Source: Azolla caroliniana
Lineage: Eukaryota; Plantae; Polypodiophyta
DNA: 64,000 nucleotides
Assembly (NCBI GenBank): GCA_043228905.1
Contig: JBHGNT010000012.1
Location: 5,456,001 to 5,520,000 of the forward strand
Reading direction: 5' to 3'
Below are positions 50,146-63,640 of this stretch, piece by piece. Below the pieces are notes generated by a model that did no database searches, was not told where the DNA came from, and saw only the letters and a program-made list of their open reading frames with translations. The number at the start of each line of letters is the position of its first letter. Position 1 is the first letter of the stretch. A program made the translations under genes and the position numbers.

Positions 50146-53100
50146 ATGGCCACGGCTTTCAAGACCAATCCCTTCTCCACCCTCCAAAACCCTAGAAATG
50201 CTCCCGTGTTTCCATGGCGGAGCTTGGCGCCGCCTCATCAGACTACTTGTAGCCTCTGCGTCTCCCCCTCTCTTTCTTCTTCTTCTTCATTAGCTTCATC
50301 GTCATCACCATCGTCTTCTTCTCGCCTCCTTCCCTTCTGCCGAGTCACCAGCTTCGACCTTCTTCCTGCTCCCGCTTCCTTTGGAAGCTCTCTCAGAGCG
50401 ACGACAAAGAAGAAGAGGACCCCGTCTTCTTCATCTTCTTCTTCTACTCGTGCTTCTATGAACGATCCGGTTCCTCAGTCTACTGTTGATGACAATCGCA
50501 TCCCCGTCACTGTCATCACTGGTTTTCTTGGCGCTGGAAAGGCATGTCATAAATCGTCTTCTTCTTTCTGGCTTTGCTTCGTTGTCTGTGTCCTTGTACA
50601 TTCATATCTCTAATATTTCTTCCTATCGGGGTTTTCTTTGTTTTTTTCGTACACACATTTGTGTCTCCTGAAAGCTTGTTCTTTTTCCCTAAAATCTTCT
50701 CAAACACTTTGCATATCCCATACCTCATAGCGTAAGTATATGACTTATCTATACATTAGATTCGACGGGCATGCTGCTGCATTTCTTTCTGAATCCTGAA
50801 CCTTTGAATTATCTTTTTATTCAATTCCGTCTGCCCCAATCAACAGAATTGGTGAATTAGGTAAAGGTTACTTGATTCTGTTGAGGTTAAGTTAGTTTGT
50901 ATCCTGACTTGTTACCATGTCATTCTTTAATGCAGACAACACTGTTGAATCATGTTTTGAAGGCCGACCATGGAAAAAGGATTGCTGTGATTGAGAATGA
51001 GGTAGGTGAATTCTGCTTCATAGCAAAATTTGACGTTTATATTGGTTTTCCCTTGACATTGATCTTCGTGTGCTAGATTGTAGTAATGTTGTGGCTAATC
51101 TCTTGTTTCATCAGTCTAGGCTTTCTTTCTAACGTGCACTTATGGGGTTAGTTCATTTTACTGCTACTTGTCTTTCATGCCAAACTCTCTTCTTTGCTCG
51201 TAGCCTTATCGGAAGACATTAAGGGAGGCCTGTGTAAACATTATCTGAAAATTTGGCAACACATTGACATATGGCTGTGTTAGTGCTGGCATACTTTCAT
51301 GATACACTTTATTTTTGTTTGTTGCAATATGTTGGCCTGGTAGAGCAGATGCAAAGATGTTTTATTTATACTCATTTCCTTTGCATGATGCCTGTCTGAC
51401 TGTGTTATTGTTCTTTTTTTTTGGGGGGGGGGGTTAAATCAAATCACAATGCTGAACTCTCTGTTACTTTTACTGTTTATTTCTAAGTAGAATGACATCA
51501 CTACTCCCAATGATAGCACCATCAATATTTCAATATTCTGATTAGACTCAGAAATGGCTCCTTGTAATGTTTAGTGTGTGCTTTGCATATGAACGTAAAC
51601 TTAATAAAAGTGTAAACAATTGGCAGTTTGGAGAAGTTGACATTGATGGCACTTTGGTGGCTGCACAAACAAATGGATTGGAGGACATAATGATGTTGAA
51701 TAATGGATGTCTTTGCTGTACTGTGAGGGGTGATCTCGTAGAAATGATCGAGGAGCTTGTCACTACTAAAAGGGATTTGTTCGATCACATTATCATTGAA
51801 ACTACAGGTATGTCGTGTCAGGTTACTTGGAAGTTGCCTTCCTCATGTGGAATGATGTTCTGGCTGTACTGTGAATCCTATCTGTAATTTTAACCATGAT
51901 TAGGTCCAAGAACACAAGACTTCATGATAATGGTGCCGTGTTTTTAATTTTATAGGTCTAGCTAATCCCGCTCCAATTATTGAAACTTTCTACATGGAAG
52001 AGAGCTTGGCTCCTCATGTTCGATTAGATGGTGTGTTAACCCTAGTGGATGCTAAACATGCTCCGCAACATATCGATGAGAAAAAACCAGAAGGAGTTGT
52101 AAATGAAGCAGTTCAACAGATTGCTTATGCTGATCGCATTCTTTTGAATAAGGTCAACATCCACTTTGAAAGCAATATAATTAAGAGTATTGAACTATTT
52201 TTTTAATGTCATGTCTCACGCTTTTACAGATAGATCTTGTGAATGCAAAAGATTTGGAGATTCTGGCACAACGTATTAAGGTGAATCTACGGTGACTTTC
52301 CTCTTGTTTATTTCTAACAATGGCACGGCAAAATGTTCAATGTCTGTGTGAGTTTCTGTCTTAAGATTTCTAAAAATTGGGATTCTAAACTGTGTTCACT
52401 GGAGTCTGTCTGTTGCCGAGATGGCAAAGAGAAACTTATGTTGATGGTGTGTTTAACTGTATGCACATCCATAACTCTACGAGACATTTTGCAGGGTATC
52501 AACGAAATAGCATACGTACAGGAAACAAAGTATGGGGAAGTGAACTTGGATTATGTACTGGGAATAGGAGGATTCAATCTGGAAAGGTGAGATGCAGTGA
52601 CAGTGGGTCTCTTTTACTTGTTTTATATGTGTGTACATATCCTCCTTGCAGTCATATCAATGCATGCACATGCCTTTCTTTGCTCGCTACTAATGAATCC
52701 TTGTTATCTTTCTCTACAGGATTGAGAGAGACATTATGGAGGACAAGACGTTGAAGAAAGACAAACATGAATCTGGCCATGATTCCGATGATGGTTAGAT
52801 TACCTTTTTCTCATTTTCATTCTCAATGCTACTTTCTGTTAGTTTCCGTTTGCAGATATAATCTAATTGAAGTATTAATGATGATTATGTGCAGATCACC
52901 ATCATCATCATGAGCATGACCATCATCATCATCACGAGCATGAGAATCATCATCATCATGAGCATGAACACTCAGATAGCCATAACCATTTTCATCATGT
53001 ACATGATTCTGGGGTTGGCTCTGTTAGCATTGTTCGTGAAGGAACCCTTGATTTGCAGAAGGTAATGCATAGTTTATTATGGCAAAATGAGGAGGCAGTT

Positions 53101-53493
53101 GAAAAGATACCTCAAGGTTTTTTGAATGGTTGGTTGAAAATATTTGCAGATAAATATGTGGTTAGGGACATTGCTGTCCATGAACGCTGATGATATCTAT
53201 CGTTGCAAAGGTGTTTTATCTGTCGATGGTATTGAACAACGGTTTGTTTTTCAGGTACTGTGGAAACATTTTCTTTGCATCTGTATTGTGGAATAGATTT
53301 GGAAGTTGGGATGGCAGTTTAATCTGAATGTGAAACTAATTTCTACTAACAGGCTGTGCATGCTCTGTTTGAGGGTGGCACTGATAGGCCTTGGGAAGCT
53401 GATGAGAAGCGAATCAACAAGCTTGTGTTCATTGGGAAAAACCTCAATAAAGAAGAGTTGGAGAAGGGTTTTCAAGATTGCTTGCTTGCATAA
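50146..53493 (+). CDS. COG0523/CobW-family (ZNG1-like) G3E GTPase metallochaperone, likely plastid-targeted (10 exons, ~489 aa)
   Basis: Exons 50146-50541, 50936-51001, 51627-51807, 51956-52152, 52230-52280, 52495-52586, 52720-52793, 52895-53061, 53150-53254, 53353-53493. Motifs TGFLGAGKTT, IENEFG, GCLCC, IETTGLA, NKID, His-rich linker, YRCKG, LVFIG; Ser-rich N-terminus. Confidence 0.93.
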
Positions 53494-55132
53494 AAATCAA
53501 TAAATGAAAAGCACTGCAATTAATAGAGCAAAAACCTTGGTAAAGAAGGGTTGGAGAATAGTTTTCAAGAAACGCTCACTTGCTTAAAAATAGACGTACC
53601 TCTGTGAAATAGAGCAAATATCCCTTGAGAAAGAAGATTTAATGAAGAGTTTCCAAGATTTTGCCTAGTTGCATAAAAATTCACGCGCCCAATTGAATAG
53701 AGTGGGCTGAAATGTGGTAGGTGATGTAATGTTACCTTTCAGCAAATTTTGTATGCATTATATCTGGGAATCTTGTTGGGAATGGATGGCCAGTGAGCTA
53801 ATGTATATTGGTGTATGCATTATATCTGGGAATCATTTCGGATTTTGGAAATAGTATATTCTTGTAAGCATCTGAGTTGCTTAACCAACTGCTTAGATTG
53901 CTAATTATAATATTACAGATCACATGCAGATTATTCTCTATGATGTTGATTGTGGTCATTCACAACTTGGATTAATAATTATAACGCCACATATCACATG
54001 CAGAATTATTCCCTTGGTTGTTTATTGTAGGTTTATATTCTTTATGCACTCATGAGGCTTTATGGAGATTTATTGAGTTGAGATCATGGCAATGATAGGA
54101 ACTCAAAAAGAGTTTTTGCATTGTACCACCACGGCTGTGAGCGAGGCTAGTGCAACAGTAGTATTGATATCGTTCGTAGGTGCAGCCAGTTCCCCGTGGG
54201 GTAGTTGGATTATTCGCCAAGGAAACAAAGCACGGTCTAGGGAAGATATTTATCACGTCTTCAAATATCATGGCTAACTGTAGAAGGCTCTGTCTTGGGT
54301 TGTATTTCTGTAAATCATGGTTTTCATAGGTTTCCAAAAATTATGTTTTTTGTACACAGTTTGAAAGGCAATTATAGTAAGAAGTCTTGTAGCATGCGTT
54401 TGAAGATCTGGAGGTTTTCTGAATACATACGATATGATGGGTCTTTATGCATATGCTTGGGATTTAGCCATGCATGTCTTGTGGTTTCGACAGGGGAGCC
54501 TTTTTGTAAACAAAGTAGGTGTGTTACCTGTGGTGTGGTACCAGCTTTTGAAGTTTATTTTGCTCAGTAAGACAATTTGGATATCTGTCAGATATCACAG
54601 ATATCCAAATTCATCATGTTGGTTTGTGCCAATAAGTATAGTTAAAACTTTTCATTTCTATGCATTGCTCAACAGTTGATTTTAAGTGCGCAGCACCGTC
54701 AAAAGCTATGTGTCACAAGTTGGTAACAAAATTATAATGGTGATAACCCAAAAGAAATAAGAAAATGACATGAAAAGCAAGGAATGGGCAAAACTTGACA
54801 TTCTTCTACATCATCCATATTTGGGCATAACCTAGACAAAATCCTCTTAGCTGAACTACATGCTCAGTTCAAAGCACCTCTATCATACTACAATAGAAGC
54901 AGTTTTGTTGCCAGGTACTTCAAAAAGAAGACATCAACAGAATAGCCAGACTTAACAAAGGTATAATCTACGAGCAGAATATTTTGGCATGACCATTATT
55001 TCTGTTACAGGTAATAATACAATCTTCTTTCTTTTATTTTTTACATGCTACAAAATTTGCATAATTTTATATGCTCTCTACACTGACCCTATACAATGCA
55101 AACGAATACTTGTACACACAAGAAAACAAGTT

Positions 55133-58100
55133 TTACATCCTGCCTTTCTCACCTGATTCATTCCCAAGATGAGAAGGTTTTACTAATATTGCTTGCTTCC
55201 ATGGGAATAGCTTGTATAGAATTAGCCCAGTAGTGCCCAGAAATAAAGAAGCCCCAATACAGCCTATAATGATCTTTCTTCGGTTTTGATGCCTCCGTTT
55301 CCTTCTTTGAGTAGCCTCTGGTGAATATTTCCACATAACCACATTGTCATGCATAAAGTTAATAAGATCTCTCACTTATATAGCCATAATTTATTTCATG
55401 CTTGACTCAACGCTAGCACCCTATATCATATGAATAAAGAAGGATCATATGGGTAACACCTCATCATGGCCACCTATGACAATAATAACACATCATGTGC
55501 ACTATCGATAATGGATTCATGCAATCCATGAAACACAGAGCTATTGAGCATCCAGTTCAATATCGTTGACTAATATTTCATATGCATTGACAATAACAAT
55601 TTGGGAACACATCATTGTGACTACCTATGACAATAATAAGCCTTCTATACCATTCATGTATGTCTTCTAAAGGTTTGAAAAGAAATGTGCCTTTCAATTT
55701 ATTTGATGAGGCAGAACCAGAACTCATAGACAATACTGAGCATATTGGGTTTTTTATAAGGAAAGAAACCACCCGAGGTCAAGTGTTTGGTCTCTCCTAC
55801 TTCAAAATTTCATGTGCAATTCTGAATGTGGAATAGAGAAGGAAGGTGTCTCGAACATCCAACTGAAAATTACAACTTACACCTCGATCCCTGAGATTTT
55901 ACAACCTTTGCCTTGGTTTTACAACAAAAGATCTGGATGCCTGAGCAGAGAAATAGTCTGAGGTTAGGTTTTTGAAACCTATTTATTCGAACTTCGTAAT
56001 TATCCCAACGTGCATGCTAAATGAAGTCATCTTTGCAGTCAAGTTTTTAAGCCATAATAGTCAAACTCCACAACTATTTTGTGGTGGAAGCAAAATGGAG
56101 TCACCTTTGATTAAGTTTTTAAAGCCCTAATAGTCAAACTTCATAACTATATTGTGGTGGATGCAAAATGGAGAAAGGTGACTCCTAGATTCACCTGAGA
56201 TTTATGTCACCTTGTTTCTTTACTCCTGATGGAGCTGAGTGCGAGGTACTTGACCAATTGACTGATGTGTGATAAGGGGAGTACACTCTGACACACGAGA
56301 ATGGGAAATTGACATTTTACACTTAAGGCAGTTATGATTTTACAAAGGCCGAACTGCATTGCCCAGGTTTTGTTATGCTTCACGTAAGGGGAACTTTTAG
56401 TTCTCAAAAGATTGAGATGCCATCTTACTTACGATTTTGATGTCAAATCAAACAGTGTCAAAGGAGGTTATGAGAGTGCAGCTAAAACATTTTATATACA
56501 CCTCTAAGTCTCTTTTCATTAAGCTTGCATGTCTTACCTAATCCTAATTCAACCATGCCTTTAAATGATGCGCATCATTACCATTCCAACTGGCATACAT
56601 GATTTCTCTGTCAAGCCCAAATTTTGCCATTACTCATGCCAAATAATCTTAATAGTTCTTTCTGGGGTTGTGTGAAGAGAGCTACGATAGCACACGGAAC
56701 TGAACTGGAAAAGACTCATGAGAATACATAGAGCAGATAGAGAGTATGTTTTTTGCCATATATGTAGAGACTTGTGTTGACTTTACTAATTACTTGCATT
56801 ACATATGTCAAAACCTCTTCAAAAGCAATCACACAAACTGACCTTTTTTCTTTCATAAGAAGCATACTAGAATGTATCATGAGTGGTGTTTCCAAATATT
56901 AGTTGAGGAGAAAAGAACTGATTAATTACAGTCTCCATGGCCACAAACTCCCATGAGACTATACCATGTAAGTGTGCTTTGGTCCACAAAACGTTAAAAT
57001 CTCAGAAAAGAAAACTATGGGTGTAGGCGATGAGCTCTCATAGTAGTGGGTACTCGTAACTCTACAAAGCCTGTTCTTCACAGGTTTGATTCATCATTGG
57101 ACTCTAACAGTGACAAAAGAAATGCTGACTCTAGCAATATTCGAGCACACTCATGTATGTTATATCTCAGAGGGACAATGTGACCTATGAACCCAGATTT
57201 TTTCTTGCATTATATAAATAGAGAGATACTCATTACCACTCTAAGATTGAAGATCAGCAATTCTGATCGAAATTGGAAATTTCATGTTCCATGTTTCCGG
57301 GGCAGCCATAATGGACAAAATACCATTATTCTAGCATGTTCATTGGATCCACCTTTATGAGGATTTACATGACGAAGCTATATGATTTTGAGCAGCTACA
57401 AATTATTTCCCTATTTACATAGAGAAATCTACTGCAAATGACTACACATTTCAGTCATGTTCCTGATGTAGGTGGAGTAAGAATAGCTTTGGGAGATCAT
57501 GGTAATAGTTTCATTCTAGCTGTTCAATGGTTTCTGAGGATTTACATGATGAAGCTATATGATTTTGAGCAGCTTTTGCAAATTATTACCCTGTTTACAT
57601 AGAGGAATCTAGTCCAAATGACTATATATTTCAGTTTTCAATATTTTCTAATTCTAGGGCAATTCCAAATTTATCTGAATTCTGCACTATTATTTCACAA
57701 CTAAAAGACAAATATGATTGCAAAGAGATTAAAGAAACAATTCATACCTATTATCTCCCTATTTCTTTGAGACATTTCCCGATTGACAAGCTCATAATAT
57801 TGCATTTTATCGTGTAACCTTAAGATTTCTCTGTTCTTAGCTTCGAGTATGCTTTGAAACTCTTCATCCATTTCAACTCGAATTGCTGCCCTTGCAACAG
57901 ATGCAGCCACAACTCGAGCAACTGTTAGCTTTTCTGACAATAACTGCTCTAAAGGATTGATATTTTGACGAGATTCCTTATTGTTATGAAAATCTGCAAC
58001 TGAGTGTCCAATGGAAGAAAATATTCTCGCCATCTCATTCCATTTTAGCTGCAATTCTGCAAGAGATTCTTCAGCTTGAATTCTCTTTACTACTTCACAA

Positions 58101-59295
58101 GCAAACCTTGATTCCATATTTGATTCGACCACTTCCAAAGTTCTGCACTTACTGTCAATTCCTTCGCTTGTATAACCTGCCAAAAAAGCAAAAGACCTAA
58201 GAGTTATTGCCTAGAAGAAACTGGCGGATTAAGGACATCTTTAAGAAGATCAAGAGGTGGAGGAAAACCATCAAGAATGCCTTCTTCTGATGCATCATAA
58301 AACTCCTCTACAGTCTGACAGGAAGTATGGATTTTTCCATTTTCGAGCTTGTCACTGATCAAGCAAGATTCATCTTCCATGTCTTCCTTCATTCCTGAGT
58401 GGTCTGATGATGACAATCCAGAAATTCGATGAAGGTGATCATCCTTTCTATTCAGTGATTCATCAGAGATTCCATCGCAGCCATTGGAAATCTGGTCTTT
58501 TTCCTTCGTTTCTGAAGGAGTCAATGATGATGACGATGATGATAATGATGACGATGAAAAAGAAGAAACTCGATGAATCCAATCGTCAACTGGACTGAGC
58601 AATTCATCAGAAGTTTCCCCGCCATTAAAAACATGTTTTCTGACCAATTTCTCCTTAATTTCTGACAGATCCAATGATGACGATGACAGTGCTTCTCTTT
58701 GATGACTATGATCGTTTCTCGTCAACGATTCACCATAACTATTGAAAATTTGTTTTTCTTTCTTTCTAGTTGATGCCAACATAGCCTGTCTGATCTCTAG
58801 TTCCACGGCCAAAGATTCAGCAGCGATTTTTCCATCACCATTCCTCACCAGATTTTCTTTATCTGTGGCTATAGTTTCCACCATAGCATGTTTATTCAAA
58901 CATTCATCAGAAATTTCATCATATACATCGCCAGTCTGAACGTTCTCTTTATCTATAGCTCTATTTGGAGCCATCGCCTGTATAATCTTTAGATTCTCTT
59001 CTCTTAGGCTTTCCTGATTAGGTTTCCTATCAATAACTTCATGAAAAAACTCACTGTTACTGACAGAATTATAATCATCGCCATAGACATGATGGATCTG
59101 AGTTACAGCATGTAAAGGTCTTCCTTTGCGATTGAAAACATAAGGAGAGGGAGAGAAAGAAGAAGGAGAAGGGGGTCTCTGCTGAATCGGCGTTGCATAT
59201 AAAGGAGGATAGAGGGTGAAAGGAGCAGATTTTCCATCAGTATTATTATCAGACGAGAAATGACGACCTTCTGGGGACGCCACATTACGTTCCAT
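55133..59295 (-). CDS. Uncharacterised plant protein: disordered N-terminus, coiled coil, C-terminal TM (resembles the Arabidopsis At3g50910/At5g66480 family)
   Basis: Exons 59295-~58281 (or 58269), 58176-57748, 55317-55133. Motifs SPSPYVFNRK, EFYDA, EILRLHDKMQYYELVNREMSQRNRE, then a basic patch and hydrophobic IIIGCIGASLFLGTTGLIL. Confidence 0.8.
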
Positions 59296-61850
59296 GGATC
59301 TGCTACTGCTTTGAGGAAATTAAGACGAAGAAGAAAGGTGCGGCTCTAGAACAATGATCCGTCACAGAGAAAGAGAGAAGTGGCCCCTTGTTATCTGCAG
59401 AAGAAGCGATGGCAGTAGAAAAAAAAAAGGAGAGGGTAGACGACGACGACGACGACGACGATGATTCAGGTGAAAAGGCACCAGAAGGAGAGGATGAAGA
59501 GGAATCAGAACAAGAGCAAGAACACGAAGGAAAATACCGAGAAGGAGATGGTGATAAGGGAGGAGAAGACGAATCAGAAGAAGAAGAAGAAGAAGAAGAA
59601 GAAGAAGATCACCTGCTGCATCTTCTTCGCCATCGCTGCTGCTTGTTCTGCTGCTGCAGATCGATGAAGAAGAAGAAGAAGAAATAAAAGAAGAAGAAAT
59701 GCATCATTGAGGAAACCATGGAAGCAGCTTGGGCTCCAAGAAATGGAATAAAATTAAATAATTAAATAAAGCAGAGATTAAAACAAAAAACTAAAATAAA
59801 TAAATAAATAAAGGGTCAAAATAGTGGTACACAAAAGCAAAAAGCAACAAAAAAAAACAGAATCGATGAAACATAAAATGTTCAAAATGCAAAAAATGCA
59901 AAACCTAAAAGCAAACAGCGAAACGCAAAAAGCAAACCACAAAACGCAAAAATGCCAAATGCCAAAAGCTAAACGCCTTCTTTTGATTTAATAAAAAGCT
60001 GCCGCCTAAAATTTAACTACATAATTCATGAACTAGTTAATTTCTTTTCATCAAAAAAAAAAAAAAAAAAACACGATTTAATTTTGAAAACCCTAATTCC
60101 CCACACTTAATTGGCCTAATCTCCTCCTTTGAAGACTAACTGATAAAAATTTAATCAATTAACTAACTACATATTTTGGTCTTATCTAATCAATTTATTT
60201 GCTTTTAGAAAAACAATTACATGCATAAATCAATAATAATAATAATAAGGCACCACATAACACACATAAGAAATAATGCAATTCTGATTTGGACAATGAA
60301 AACTATGTTCTCAACCCTCAAATGAGAATGTGGTCTTTGTTTAAACATTCAAAAATAAGTGTGCGGCACACAAAAATTTGGTTGAATCACAATTGAAGCT
60401 ACTGTTGTGGGTCCTCAATGCAGTTATTCGCTCTGTTCTCCATAAGAAATTTGAATACTTTTATGAAGCTCATAAATTCCCCTTCCATAAGAAATGTGGG
60501 TTGAATGTACTCATCCCACACTTTTCTTCTCTTAGGAATTCAATACTCTCTTTGCTTGCACATGCACCCGATCAAGAGAAATTGGAATTTTGTGTGCAAT
60601 GTGACCATTGACCATGAAGTTTAGCACAAATTCTACCATATCTATCCTACAAGTATAACTACAATTAATTTGCATATAGAAAACCAGCCATCCTATTGTG
60701 ATATTGAGCTTCCAAGAAAACGTCTAGCTCTATCTAGATATTAAGTTGGAGCAACCCATATTTGGAACCCCTTTGTCCTTATTTTTTTAAACTCATTCAT
60801 AGTATTAATTATTGCGCCACTTAGATCCGAACAATAGTATCATTACTAAATTCTAGTCCGTGATGCACAAATATTGTCAAATGGAAGAAAGTTATGGAGA
60901 GGCAAAGAAAAGCGACTAATACACACATTTATGGTTTATAACCTCAATAACTACCATATAACTCGATGCACATATGGCCTCATTTAATGGTGCATAAAGT
61001 GTAGTTAAGGCTATATAGGTCACTCAACTCTTATGAGTAAGAGACAATGTTACACCTATCTCAAGTCTAGTTTCCTTCATGAATCCTCCAGTATTTCTTT
61101 CACCTTAACCTTCTCATTATGCTTTTGCCCCAAGTTATGGTCATCCATAGCCTCACAAAAATACATTATTATGCTTCCTATACATTCTTAGGCCTATCTA
61201 CAACACACATTGATTAAATTTAAATGTTCCAATGACAACATAACAATACTTAGCCCCACAGTTTTTTGCTCGGTGGAATTGGATGTTTTATCAACAAAAA
61301 CCTACCACACAAATCACAAAGGTTGTGGGAGGTGTCCACTTTATTTAGTTTTTTAGCAAGGTGCAATCACTTTCTAGTGCCTTCTTTCATACTCATAGAT
61401 AGCACACAAGCCTATACTAATATCTTAGTCGATAGTATGAAGAGTCTAAAGAAGAGGAGGGTTGCATGTAGGTGTGGTCTTTTGCACAAATGATAATATG
61501 ATCATTTGAAATACTTTGCACACTAGTGTGGATATATAACCATCAAACCTACCAAACCAATTCATGAGACCTATTTGTATATATTTGTATCAACGAGAGT
61601 CACGAAACTATCTATGTTGTCCATAGGAGACAAGTGTCCACAATGTCGTTCACTCAACCCCTACAGTGTGTAAGATCATCATGTAGTAAAATTAGTGAGA
61701 CATTAACATTTGCCCGACTGACAACTAGGGTATAACCCCCAAGATGATGAACTATTAGAGATTAAAACTAAACATACGAGATGTTGGCGCTTTAGAGAGA
61801 GAACATGATTAAACATAGGAAATACAAGGGTGTGCTTCACAAAAGCTTAA

Positions 61851-62364
61851 CTAGCTTTGTGTGTAATTAGCTCGACTACCAGCCCGTAGAATGTTCCCAT
61901 CTTTGTCATAAACATCGAGAGAGTCACACGGGCGTGGATATGCCTTCCCGATCACCTTGCCATGCACAAAAGAGCATTGGAAGATGTGTTTCTTCTTCCT
62001 TGTCACTCCAACACCAAAGTCTCTAAACACAATATCTTCTACAGGCACCTTTGCACTTCCATAGATGCGGACTGGAATTCTTATATCATTTCCATGTATG
62101 CCGAGAAAGGAGATGTTTTGCACCACCGGTAGAGCTTTCGGATCGTAATCCTTATCTGGGTGCTCATTATAATCTGTTTTGATTACAATGCCCACCCTTA
62201 CTACATCCAATGTAATATTTTTGAAAGACAAGGCATATATTCGCCCTCCTCTCCCTGGAGCTGTTTTGATCCGTACACCTCGTTTAGAACGCCATACATA
62301 GTAGTTTTCTACAGTTACATTGTTCACACCACCCGACATTTCACTTCCAATGGATATTCCTGCA
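61851..62364 (-). CDS. Polygalacturonase (GH28), last exon; upstream exons lie beyond or are not resolved
   Basis: ttttcag acceptor, then SAGISIGSEMSGGV...GVRIKTAPGRGG...YNEHPD...PRPC. Confidence 0.9.
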
Positions 62365-62816
62365 CTGAAAATCACATCATGCATTACTGATATGTTTGTG
62401 GCCTTATACATAATTAATAGTATATTAGCTTTCTGACCTACAGAGCTTACTCAGTGTGCTACATTAAGAACAACAAATGGAACATTTCATAATGAGCATA
62501 GCATAGATTGAAACAATTAATGGCAGATATGGTAACATATAAACATTCAAAGATGAGAATAACATTGATCAAGATATTTAGGGATGTACATTCAAATATA
62601 AGCATAGCATCAATCATTATATTTAGTGATGGATATACTAGCATGCTCATATATTAAGAATGTTGGGGTTGGGAGGAAAGGTGTAAAGACAATTACAACT
62701 ATAACTGCATTGGGTGAATGGGAGGCTATACCTAAGGTTAATTAGGAGATTGTGGTTGGGGTAATGCTATCAACAAATCAACCGATGGGTGATTTGAGAC
62801 GAATCATCTCTCCAGA

Positions 62817-63640
62817 TATAATTCTCTTAACGCATGAAATGAGATTGCGAAAATTCAAAAGATGTTTTTAAGGAGGCAATTAGGAGTTAAATGCACTACC
62901 TCTTACTAGGTTATGCTCTTGGAAACAGGTATTCGACCCATAGAAATATTGGCACTCCAAAGAGTATATAGATACATTACAAAAGTCAAGAATATGCTAA
63001 ATCATCGATTACCACATCTTGCTTGGAATGTTGGATGTAAGCTACAAAAGAATCATAAGAGTAAGATTCTCTCATCCGGTTGGGTTGTTGGAAATGGTTT
63101 AGAAGATGGGGTGTGGATGATCTTTTAGAGCTTTCGGGCAATGCTATGCATTATGTAATGATTGAGGAAAGGTTGGTAGAACCATTAATGATGAAGTGGG
63201 AAGATGCTAAGAGGACAAGGCTAGAATACTACATTGCAAATGTCAACCCTAAATGTTGGTATCAATATAAAGCAAGAATGCCTATTGATCATATCCAACC
63301 TTATCTCATTACCAATATCAGTAGTAATGTTCGCAAACTCCTTACACTACTTCACACTCGATCTCACAAGTTAGGTATTGAAGTTGCATCATGGTATCAA
63401 AATGTAACGAATTTGAAGGCATGTAAAGTATGCAATGAAAGCATGGTAGAGGATGAATGTCACTTGCTCTTCACATGCTCAACATATAGTGCAATTCGTT
63501 CGAGATATGTTGACATACTAAGGGGGAGTGATAACTTAAGTGTCATACTTAAGACACCACCTAGAAGGTGGAGCTCATATGCGTATGCTTTATTCATGCA
63601 TAGAGACTTTGTGCTTCAATGTATGACTACCCCTTCTTAG
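62817..63640 (+). mobile_element. 5'-truncated LINE fragment (post-RT region plus C-terminal zinc knuckle), antisense in the polygalacturonase intron
   Basis: KIQKMFLRRQLGVK...MLLETG.RPIE; SHKLGIE..W...CKVCNESMVEDECHLLFTC; stops and frameshifts. Confidence 0.75.

Noticed and set aside
59388-59687. Acidic 99-aa ORF on the plus strand
   Set aside because: Product of (GAA)/(GAC) microsatellites, antisense to the pyrimidine-rich leader of the minus-strand gene.
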